Translations under genes and position numbers: made by a program
DNA from: Anaerolineae bacterium
GTDB taxonomy: Bacteria > Chloroflexota > Anaerolineae > B4-G1 > SLSP01
DNA length: 64,000 nucleotides
Direction: 5' to 3'
Assembly: GCA_040767155.1 (NCBI GenBank)
Contig: JAXGPC010000005.1
Coordinates: 63,492 to 127,491, forward strand
Shown here: positions 56,768 to 64,000 of the stretch, piece after piece
Layout of the letters: every line of letters starts with the position of its first letter
Position numbering within the stretch: the stretch's first letter is position 1
Notes under the pieces: generated by a model
Databases searched by the model: none
What the model saw: only the letters and a program-made list of their open reading frames with translations
Told to the model about the DNA's origin: nothing

Positions 56768-58085
56768 ACTCCCGCACGTGTGACGTGGCGGGGATGGTGG
56801 ACTCGTCCTCCATCGGGATCAGCGCTTGGAGCAGATGGTGTACGCGTTCTGCGCGTAGGTAGGCGTCCATCCGATTGGGATCGTCTTTGTACTCGCGGGT
56901 CCACTGTGCGAAGTGGGAAAACAGACGGGCGCGCATCACGGGCAGCTCGTAGGGCGTGGCGCTGTTGATAACGTAATCTGCCGTGTTGACGTAGGGGATG
57001 ATGTGGCGCAATTCGCTGCTGCGGACGTAGTGCCAGTGCTCGAGTGTTTGACGCGGGTCGTAGGCGCGCTCTCGAGCATCGCGCACCATCCGCCGCATCA
57101 GCCTGAGGTCCGTGAACCGGATGTACTGGTTGTCTGGACCCTTCATCTGCAGCAGCGTCTCAATGTAGAGCCGGAATTTCTGCTCGTCAGGGATCGCAGC
57201 CGTCATGCCCTCATAGAGGCCGTGTAGACTGTCGATCAGGATCATCTGGTCGGGGCGCACCCGCAGCGGCGTCACATCGAGCTTGCGTTTGCCCGTCCTG
57301 AAGTCGTAATACGGAAGCAGAACCTCGTCGCCCGCGATGAGGCGCTGGAGGTGTTCGTTTATCAGGGCCAGGTCCAGCGCTTGGGGCGTCTCGAAGTCGT
57401 AATCGCCGTACTCATCCTTGGGGTGCATGTCCAGGTCGTAGAAGTAATGGTCGACGTTCAGGGCCACGAGGCTCAGGCCTGCCTTCTCCAGACGTTCCTC
57501 GAGCTTGGCCGTTGTCGTCGTCTTGGACGAAGACGAGGGCCCGGCGATGATGACCACGCGCACGGCCTCACGTCGCTGGAGGATACCCTCGAGCGCATCG
57601 TCGACATCCTTCTCATAGGCCTCGTCGGACTCGCGGACAATGTCGGCAAACTCCCCCCTGGCGATGCGCTCATTGAGCCGAAAGATGTTGTGAACGTTGT
57701 GATCGACTGACCAGTTCAGGACCTCCCAGAGCTTGCGGTAGGGGATATTCTCCGGGTCACGTTGCGTCCGCACTTCCCTCCGACGTTCGCGGCGCATGGC
57801 CCGTTCCCTGCGGTAGAGGATGTACGCCTTGGCCGTGCGCGCGTGACCCCGCTCGATCAGGACCTTCTCCACGATATCCTGGATTTCCTCGACGGTAGGG
57901 ACCTTGTCCCCCGTACACGTCCTGCCGAGAATCGCCACGACTTCATCGGCGAGACCTTCTGCCATCTGCCGGTCACGACCTCCGACGGCGACGGCGGCCC
58001 GGTAGATCGCGTTGACGATTCGTTCCCGGTTGAAAGGCACGACAGCTCCGGTGCGCTTTACGACGTGCGTCAAACACTCGGACAT
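56736..58085 (-). CDS. ATP-cone domain fused to a uridine-kinase/phosphoribulokinase-family nucleoside kinase-like domain
   Basis: N-terminal ATP-cone (VVKRTGAVVPFNRERIVNAIYRA...VEEIQDIVEKVL). P-loop IIAGPSSSSKTTT and PRK/Udk-like core (DHYFYD...ILIDSLHGLY). 449 aa. Confidence 0.7.
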   Translation of the reverse strand: MSECLTHVVKRTGAVVPFNRERIVNAIYRAAVAVGGRDRQMAEGLADEVVAILGRTCTGDKVPTVEEIQDIVEKVLIERGHARTAKAYILYRRERAMRRERRREVRTQRDPENIPYRKLWEVLNWSVDHNVHNIFRLNERIARGEFADIVRESDEAYEKDVDDALEGILQRREAVRVVIIAGPSSSSKTTTTAKLEERLEKAGLSLVALNVDHYFYDLDMHPKDEYGDYDFETPQALDLALINEHLQRLIAGDEVLLPYYDFRTGKRKLDVTPLRVRPDQMILIDSLHGLYEGMTAAIPDEQKFRLYIETLLQMKGPDNQYIRFTDLRLMRRMVRDARERAYDPRQTLEHWHYVRSSELRHIIPYVNTADYVINSATPYELPVMRARLFSHFAQWTREYKDDPNRMDAYLRAERVHHLLQALIPMEDESTIPATSHVREFIGGSAYKLH

Positions 58086-58177
58086 CGTTTGCCTCCTACA
58101 CGTGGCTATTTTGCCAGATCTGTTTCATTCATTCTATCACGACTGCCACCACTTCGCCACAGAATTCGGTCAGGATC

Positions 58178-58206
58178 TTGACATAGAACAAATGTGCGAC
58201 TATAAT
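58178..58206 (+). promoter_or_regulatory. sigma-70-type promoter of lexA with a LexA (Cheo-like) box candidate in the spacer
   Basis: TTGACA (58178-58183), a 17-nt spacer, then TATAAT (58201-58206). The spacer contains AGAACAAATGTGCG (58185-58198), which resembles the Gram-positive LexA box CGAAC-N4-GTTCG with one half-site mismatch (GTGC vs GTTC). Confidence 0.5.
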
Positions 58207-58286
58207 TGGGTTAGTTAGTTGGGATACTTGGGATTGTGGAATCGGGTCCAACCCAGACAACCCAGATCGTGTATAGGGAGGTATGG

Positions 58287-58937
58287 ATGACTAAGGAATT
58301 GCCCGAACGACAGAAGAAGGTGATGGACGTCATCGAGGCTTATGTCGCCGAGCATGGCTTTCCCCCCACCGTGCGGGAAATTGGGGATGCTATCGGCGTC
58401 AACTCGACGTCCTTGATCTCCTACTACCTTAAGCGCCTGGAGGAGCGGGGGCTGATCAGTCGTGAGCCTTCCATGTCCCGCGCGATCCAGTTGACGGCGC
58501 CTGTCACCGAGGAAGTGACGATCGAGGTCAACGACGACAACGTCGTGGCGGTGCCGTTCCTGGGCTACATCGCCGCAGGCGTGCCGATCAATGTCGAGGC
58601 TTTCCCGGGGAATGAGACCATTGAGATCAACCGCGCCCTCTTCGGTCGTGATGTTTCAGATCTGTTCGCGCTCCGGGTTCAGGGCAATTCGATGATCGAT
58701 GCGCTGATCAACGATGGCGATACCGTGATCCTCAAGCATCAGGAGCGGGTTGAGAACGGCCAGATGGCTGCCGTGTGGCTGGTCAACGAGGAGGAGACCA
58801 CCCTGAAGAAGGTGTACTATGAAGGCCGGCAGGTGCGCCTGCAACCCGCTAACCCAACGATGAGCCCGATCTATGTCGCCGCGGACGATGTTCAAGTTCA
58901 GGGAAAGGTCGTGCTCGTTATCCGCAGGCTGTCCTAG
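58287..58937 (+). CDS. lexA: LexA repressor
   Basis: N-terminal wHTH (VREIGDAIGVNSTSLISYYLKRLEERGLI), Ala-Gly cleavage site (YIAAGVP), and catalytic Ser (QGNSMIDAL) and Lys (TTLKKVY). Preferred start is ATG 58287 (MTKELPERQKK). Confidence 0.85.
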   Translation: MTKELPERQKKVMDVIEAYVAEHGFPPTVREIGDAIGVNSTSLISYYLKRLEERGLISREPSMSRAIQLTAPVTEEVTIEVNDDNVVAVPFLGYIAAGVPINVEAFPGNETIEINRALFGRDVSDLFALRVQGNSMIDALINDGDTVILKHQERVENGQMAAVWLVNEEETTLKKVYYEGRQVRLQPANPTMSPIYVAADDVQVQGKVVLVIRRLS

Positions 58938-58945
58938 GGGCGTGC

Positions 58946-61900
58946 CTACCGTCCTCGCATGATCGTGGGAAGGTAGGCGCGCCACGGCGCGAAAGTAACC
59001 CATAGCGATCGCTCCCAGCGATTGCCGGCGCCATCGTCGATGAGCGCGTCCAGTCGCACGGCGGTGTCCCAGATCCCTCCCCTCACAGGGATGGTCAGGA
59101 GCTGTTGCTCTTGAGGGTTGACCGTTCCCGACCAGACAGGTAGCCCCACACCATGTGTCAGCGGCAGCGTGGCAGTGATCGGCCCGACACCACGCATCAT
59201 CCACAACGATAGTTCCCCTGGGTCTGCACCTACCCCGCCTTGGTTGTCCATAACGAACGTCAGCGAGACTGGCGTGCCCACCCGCATCTCGCCCGGCATA
59301 AGCCACCGGCTCTTCGTCAGGTCGGCCCCATCCCCGTAGAAGTGTGCTTCACGGACCATCGCCAGGTCCCATGCCGGAATGGCAAGGGTCACCGTGGGCC
59401 TGGACGCCACCGGCATCCCGCCGGTCCAGGTCGCCTGCCACGTCAGCATCAGGTCTTCGTCAGGCGTGACGACGCCCATCCATGACACGGTTCCCGTATC
59501 GCCATCGTAGGTCATGCTTGGGGGTATGTGCCCGGGGTTCACGGCGAAATCGCCGGGTACGTGATGGCTTATCTGGGTCGTCAGGGGAGCCCGTGCATCG
59601 TTCCGTAGCACCAGCGTGAGGGTAACCGTGTCGCCTGGAGACACCGTTTCCGGCGTGGCAGTCCAGTCGCTGCTTCCCAGGGGTGAAAGCCAGCCAATGC
59701 CATGGGCCAGCGCGCTCGTGCGTGCGTCCAGGGGCAGTGCTTCCAGCGGCAGCGCATAGAAGAGTGTCCGCGCCTTGCCGGATGCCATCGAGCCCGCGGC
59801 GATCCCTACCGGCTGGCCAAGCTGGCCACGGATCACGGGGCGGGCCTCGAACGTCGGCTCCACGGTGTGGGACCAGTTGGGGAACGGGTAATCCAGGGAA
59901 ACCGGTCCCCATGTTCCGCCAGCGGGGTGGCCGCTCACGCCGGTCGCCTCAGTTGCGGTATCCGCCCAGTTAGCGGCCAATATCCCCAGCCGGCTCGTGA
60001 GGGGCTCGTCCTCGTGGTGGTAGACGAAGTCCTGCGAGCTTAGCAGCAGACGTCCTCCGCCATCCAGATAGGCCATCAGGCGCTGTATCTCGACATCGGT
60101 CACCGGTGCGTACCAGTCATAGCCGGTGAACCAGACGGTGACCGGATACATGGCAAGCGTTGTCGTCAGCGGGGATGTCGTGGTCGTGCCCCCTTGACCG
60201 GACTGGGTATCCCACAGGTCAAAGGGAATACCTTTGGCGATGAGTGCTTCCTTGTATCTGTCCTCGACAGGGTACCAGCGATCGTCATCGACGAGCAGCA
60301 CGGGGGCGGGCGTTTTGGACGTGAGCGACACCGTGACAGGGGCTGTGACCATAGTCGATGTCGTTGCTAGGGTCACGAGGTCAGTCTCATTGACACCTAT
60401 CCCCCTTGGGATCGTCACAGTCACCGTCACCAGCTCCGTCGCGCACGGCGCCAACTCGAACTGCTCTGGTACCACCGCTGTTGGCCATTGGTTGCCATGC
60501 AGGGCGATGTGCACGGTCTCTGTCACACCGGCTGAGCCGATGTGGCGCACCTTGAGCACGTGTGTGACCGACTCGCCCGGACGTCCGATCTGAATCGGAT
60601 GGGTCACCTGCGCGAGTGTGAGGCCAGTTGTGAGGGGGCGGGTCATCAACCAGTCGATGCTACGCTGCATGACATCAGTTCGCTGCTGTACGTCGGCGAT
60701 GGCCTCGTATCCGAACCCGAAGAAGAGTGAGCGATGCGGCACGCAGATATCGGCGGCGACGCCCGCTGTGCCCCCATCGGCGTAGTGCCACACCGGCGAT
60801 GCCCGCAGTGGGTCACGGACGTTTACAGTGTCGGGCATCATCTGGTTATCGGCGCCGCCCTCACCGGTCAGGTCGAGGGCGATCCCCTCAAAGAGTCCCC
60901 GGCCCACGACCGATAGGTCCGTGTCTTCCTCGTTGGCGAATTCGACACCCATCCGATCATAGAGATAGGGCTCCATATAACCCCAGAAGCCCAGGCCTCC
61001 TCCGTCGAAATAGCCCACGTCTTGCCCACTGATCATGAGCCTTCCGCCACTGTCGAGATAGTCCGCCAGGGCCTGCCCTGCGCCAACCAGCCCGGGTGCG
61101 CCATTGGGAGAGGACCAGAACACAACGTCGTAGGCCTGCAGCGTTGTGCTCACCGGTGTATCCCGCCCGGGGACCTTCACCGTGATCTCGTCGTACGCAT
61201 AGCGCAGTTCGTCCAGGGCGTCGCGCCAATAGGTGATCTGGCTGCTGTAGGTCCACGCCCCTTCATCTACGAGCAAAAGGTCGGGTGCTGACGTCAGGGC
61301 GAAATCCAACGCGACGATCTGCCCGGCGGTGATCGTCACCGTTTCGGTGACGACGCGATATCCCAGACCTCGAACCTGCACCGTGTAGGCTGCTGCCGGC
61401 AGGATGAGGGTGTAGGTGCCATTGGGGTCCGGCCTTACCGATACTGGCGTGTCGAGCGCTCGGACGACGACGGTGGAGGTCACCGGCTCACCGCTATCCG
61501 CCGCGGTCAGCCGGCCCCGGAGTGTACCGGTGGGGAGTTGCGTCAGCGTGATATCCTGTGTCGTTTCGGTATCCGGAAGGACGATCACCCTGGGAATCGA
61601 TTCCCCTGCGTAGCCGAATGCGGCGACGCTCATAGAGTATTGGCCCGGGCTGAGAGCCAGGAAGTAGACGCCCGAAGCATCGGTCTGCGTTTCCATCACT
61701 GGGCCAACAGCGCCCGGTGCGGCGGCCTCTAGCGTGATCCTGGCCCCGGCGATCCCCTCTCCTGAGGTGCTTCTCACGACACCCTGCAGTGTCGACGGCT
61801 GGGTCAATGCAGTCAGGGCAGCATACGCATCGATGCGTCCCCACCCACTGTCGTTGTTGGGCACTGTTGCGGTCAATGGGTGGGCCGTGCCCGTGATCAG

Positions 61901-63298
61901 CGCAGCCATAGTCTGTACCGATACTGTGGGACTGACAGCTCGCATCAGCGCGCCCAGCCCCGTCACGTGAGGCGTCGCCATCGAGGTGCCGTTTTTCTCT
62001 CCGTAGACGCCACCAGGGAGGGTGGACAGGATGCCAACGCCGGGGCCAACCACTGTGGGCTTCACCTCGCCAAAGGGAGACGGCCCGCGGCCCGAGAATG
62101 GGGCAACGTCATCGTCGGGGTCGCTGGCCCCCACGGCGAAAACGCCTAGGTTGCTCGCCGGTGAGCTGACCGATCCTACGGTTGGCCCGGAGTTGCCTGC
62201 GGCGAAAACAGGGAAGATGCCGGCTGCTTCGAGGGCTTCGATGGTGGGAAGGAATCCTGTCAAATAGCCGTTTGTATTGCCCCATGAGGCGTTAACAACA
62301 TCGGGGGCCAGAGATGGATCACCGCCGGGCGCCAGGAGCCACTGCAGGCCGCCCAGAATCCAGGAGTCGTAGCCATAGCCCTCGTTGTTGAGGACTTTGA
62401 CCCCGATCCAGCGCGCGCCAGGAGCAACGCCTGTTGCAGCGCCGACGGCCGTTCCCGCAACGTGGGTGCCGTGTCCATAGTCGTCATACGGATAGGCGCC
62501 TTCGTTGACAGCGTCATACCAGGATGCCGAATGGTCATAGAGCCCTTTGCCAAGTGTGCCCCTGTAAGCCGCGATGAGATCAGGATGCATCCACTCTACG
62601 CCAGTGTCGACGACCGCTACAACCGCACCTGTGCCCGTGATTCCCAGGTTGGCCCAGACTTGTGGCGCCTTGACCTGTTCGATACCCCACGGCAGTGTTG
62701 GTTCGATAGCGATAGAGGCGGCAGTGCCACTATCTGTTGCTTGTCCGTTGCCCGACTCACCGTCAACAGATGGACCTTCTGGCTCTATGACATAGGACCG
62801 GTAGTGGTCGAGGTGGATTTCGGCGATAGCAGGTGACATCATCAATTCACGGACAAGGTCCGGGCGTGCTGTCAGGGCGATGCCATGGATGAGCCACAGT
62901 TCATCGCGGTCGAGCAACGCTCCTCGTTCTGCAGCTCCGGTAAGCATCTCGTGCAATGGCGCAAGGGCCTTAGCAAAGGCCTGCTGTTGGGCGTGGACGA
63001 ATCGCGTACGTGCGGCCAGCCGGTCGCTGTCCGGGTCGTTGGCGAGTGTGCTAAGCGGGGTAATGTCATTCGTGGCGAGGAGTGCAATGATGTGAAGTGG
63101 TTGTTCTCGAGATGTAGCCAGGTCGCGGAGAACCTCAGGCGCCACCCAGGGGGTCGAGGGTCCCGTTTGGGTGGCGTCCACCGGCGTCACGGCACCGGCG
63201 GCAGAATGTGGCGGAATCCAGAGTGCGCATACCAGACCCAGACCAAGCGCCACGAGCATGGGGACTACCCCCCCGAGCCACCATCGTCGGATCGTCAT
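58946..63298 (-). CDS. very large secreted multidomain subtilisin-like serine protease (S8 family) with carboxypeptidase-regulatory-like beta-sandwich domains and a long C-terminal region
   Basis: Signal peptide after ATG 63298 (MTIRRWWLGGVVPMLVALGLGLVCALWIPPHSAAGA). S8 catalytic triad: Asp (VVAVVDTGVEW), His (HGTHVAGTAVGA) and Ser (GTSMATPHVTG). CarboxypepD_reg-like repeats follow (GVYFLALSPGQYSMSVAAFGY; GTYTLILPAAAYTVQVRGLGY). About 1450 aa. Confidence 0.85.
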   Translation of the reverse strand: MTIRRWWLGGVVPMLVALGLGLVCALWIPPHSAAGAVTPVDATQTGPSTPWVAPEVLRDLATSREQPLHIIALLATNDITPLSTLANDPDSDRLAARTRFVHAQQQAFAKALAPLHEMLTGAAERGALLDRDELWLIHGIALTARPDLVRELMMSPAIAEIHLDHYRSYVIEPEGPSVDGESGNGQATDSGTAASIAIEPTLPWGIEQVKAPQVWANLGITGTGAVVAVVDTGVEWMHPDLIAAYRGTLGKGLYDHSASWYDAVNEGAYPYDDYGHGTHVAGTAVGAATGVAPGARWIGVKVLNNEGYGYDSWILGGLQWLLAPGGDPSLAPDVVNASWGNTNGYLTGFLPTIEALEAAGIFPVFAAGNSGPTVGSVSSPASNLGVFAVGASDPDDDVAPFSGRGPSPFGEVKPTVVGPGVGILSTLPGGVYGEKNGTSMATPHVTGLGALMRAVSPTVSVQTMAALITGTAHPLTATVPNNDSGWGRIDAYAALTALTQPSTLQGVVRSTSGEGIAGARITLEAAAPGAVGPVMETQTDASGVYFLALSPGQYSMSVAAFGYAGESIPRVIVLPDTETTQDITLTQLPTGTLRGRLTAADSGEPVTSTVVVRALDTPVSVRPDPNGTYTLILPAAAYTVQVRGLGYRVVTETVTITAGQIVALDFALTSAPDLLLVDEGAWTYSSQITYWRDALDELRYAYDEITVKVPGRDTPVSTTLQAYDVVFWSSPNGAPGLVGAGQALADYLDSGGRLMISGQDVGYFDGGGLGFWGYMEPYLYDRMGVEFANEEDTDLSVVGRGLFEGIALDLTGEGGADNQMMPDTVNVRDPLRASPVWHYADGGTAGVAADICVPHRSLFFGFGYEAIADVQQRTDVMQRSIDWLMTRPLTTGLTLAQVTHPIQIGRPGESVTHVLKVRHIGSAGVTETVHIALHGNQWPTAVVPEQFELAPCATELVTVTVTIPRGIGVNETDLVTLATTSTMVTAPVTVSLTSKTPAPVLLVDDDRWYPVEDRYKEALIAKGIPFDLWDTQSGQGGTTTTSPLTTTLAMYPVTVWFTGYDWYAPVTDVEIQRLMAYLDGGGRLLLSSQDFVYHHEDEPLTSRLGILAANWADTATEATGVSGHPAGGTWGPVSLDYPFPNWSHTVEPTFEARPVIRGQLGQPVGIAAGSMASGKARTLFYALPLEALPLDARTSALAHGIGWLSPLGSSDWTATPETVSPGDTVTLTLVLRNDARAPLTTQISHHVPGDFAVNPGHIPPSMTYDGDTGTVSWMGVVTPDEDLMLTWQATWTGGMPVASRPTVTLAIPAWDLAMVREAHFYGDGADLTKSRWLMPGEMRVGTPVSLTFVMDNQGGVGADPGELSLWMMRGVGPITATLPLTHGVGLPVWSGTVNPQEQQLLTIPVRGGIWDTAVRLDALIDDGAGNRWERSLWVTFAPWRAYLPTIMRGR

Positions 63299-63506
63299 AG
63301 GATCCTCTCCCTTCGCCGTGCCGGCACGTTCGTGCAGGTCGATTATATCGGATGTGTGCAGTTGTGCTTCCATCCAGTCTGGACTATACTAAGTACTGAG
63401 GTGAGGCGCAACGAAACTTACAGGATTTGCGACTCAGCACGCTGTATATTGACAAGCCCATGAGTTGTGTTACACTAGGTGAGATGTATGAGCGAGGAGG
63501 TACGTT

Positions 63507-63899
63507 GTGGCTGATTCCCAAGGTCCCCTGAAAGTCGTCTGTATCGAAGACGAACCCGAGATGATCGAGCTCATCAAGCTTATCCTTGGTCGGCGGAATT
63601 TCGAGTTGATTGGTGCTGTGGGCGGGCGCGAGGGACTCGGTACGGTTCGGGAAGTCAAGCCTGACCTCGTGTTGCTGGATCTGATGATGCCCGATATGGA
63701 TGGGTGGGAAGTCTATCAGCAGATGAAGGCTGATGAGGACCTGAGCACGATTCCTGTCATCGTCGTAACAGCAAAGGCTCAAAGTATTGACAAGGTCCTT
63801 GGGTTGCACATTGCCAAAGTCGATGACTACGTCACAAAGCCATTCGGGCCTCAAGAACTGCTTGCCAGTGTCAAGAAGGTCCTTAGCCTCGACATCTGA
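63507..63899 (+). CDS. single-domain response-regulator receiver protein (CheY-like)
   Basis: VVCIEDEPEMIELI...DLVLLDLMMPDMDGWEV...IVVTAK...KPF is a canonical REC. 130 aa with no output domain. Putative promoter TTGACA-16nt-TACACT at about 63440-63470. Confidence 0.8.
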   Translation: MADSQGPLKVVCIEDEPEMIELIKLILGRRNFELIGAVGGREGLGTVREVKPDLVLLDLMMPDMDGWEVYQQMKADEDLSTIPVIVVTAKAQSIDKVLGLHIAKVDDYVTKPFGPQELLASVKKVLSLDI

Positions 63900-63911
63900 G
63901 GAGCCGTCCCC

Positions 63912-64000
63912 TTGGAGAGAACTGGGAAACGCCGAATCATTTACATCGAGGATGACGCCGACATGGTGGACCTCGTCCGCATCATGCTTGACCCGGCGCG
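63912..64000 (+). CDS. second receiver-domain protein, N-terminal fragment; continues past the window end
   Basis: Translation KRRIIYIEDDADMVDLVRIMLDPA is a typical REC beta1-alpha1 start, in frame from TTG 63912. Confidence 0.4.
   Translation, partial: MERTGKRRIIYIEDDADMVDLVRIMLDPA

Noticed and set aside
1-64000. CRISPR arrays, rRNA, IS elements, transposases, phage genes
   Set aside because: No short regularly spaced direct repeats, no transposase or integrase-like ORFs, and no rRNA-like conserved stretches were seen. The only tandem repeats are coding low-complexity linkers.

Overview
This 64 kb window is high-GC (roughly 63-65% by eye) and reads as chromosomal DNA. The most plausible source is a Chloroflexota-like or other high-GC Terrabacteria genome; I infer this from Pro/Thr/Ala-rich lipoprotein linkers, a very long LeuS, and a Gram-positive-type LexA/Cheo-like box. 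It is not verifiable from sequence alone. I call about 48 protein-coding genes, one tRNA-Gln(TTG), and several intrinsic-terminator-like hairpins. I found no CRISPR, rRNA, transposase or integrase.

Housekeeping content includes recF (partial), glgP-type alpha-glucan phosphorylase, prmC, rfbB, a ttcA-like PP-loop ATPase, kptA, leuS, thyX, radC, pyk, a TPR-DinG helicase, prolyl oligopeptidase and lexA.

Accessory or unusual content:
(1) An 18 kb same-strand cluster (29.0-47.2 kb). Upstream of it sits a 1262-aa hybrid regulator with a LacI-type sugar-binding sensor domain, HisKA/HATPase, a pseudo-receiver plus a receiver, and a C-terminal AraC HTH. The cluster encodes an orphan receiver, an Opp/Dpp-family ABC importer, a B12-binding radical SAM protein with a non-canonical Cx4Cx2C motif, oligogalacturonide lyase (PL22), three large paralogous cytoplasmic proteins of unassigned family (possibly heparinase II/III-like lyases), an extra OppD-like ATPase, and a divergently encoded enolase-superfamily dehydratase. 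Together this looks like an unsaturated-uronate oligosaccharide utilisation locus with unusual components.
(2) A translationally coupled operon of an XPB/Rad25-type helicase followed by two large uncharacterised proteins (640 and 743 aa).
(3) An MscS-channel::ParB-N-terminal-domain fusion protein.
(4) An orphan glycyl-radical-enzyme activase next to tRNA-Gln, with no glycyl radical enzyme in the window.
(5) A decayed region at 0.7-2.8 kb: a receiver-less OmpR-family fragment, an ABC ATPase and a 77-aa ABC-2 permease stub.
(6) A lexA promoter with consensus -35/-10 hexamers and a Cheo-like box in the spacer.

Many long antisense ORFs in the six-frame track are the expected high-GC artefacts and were rejected.
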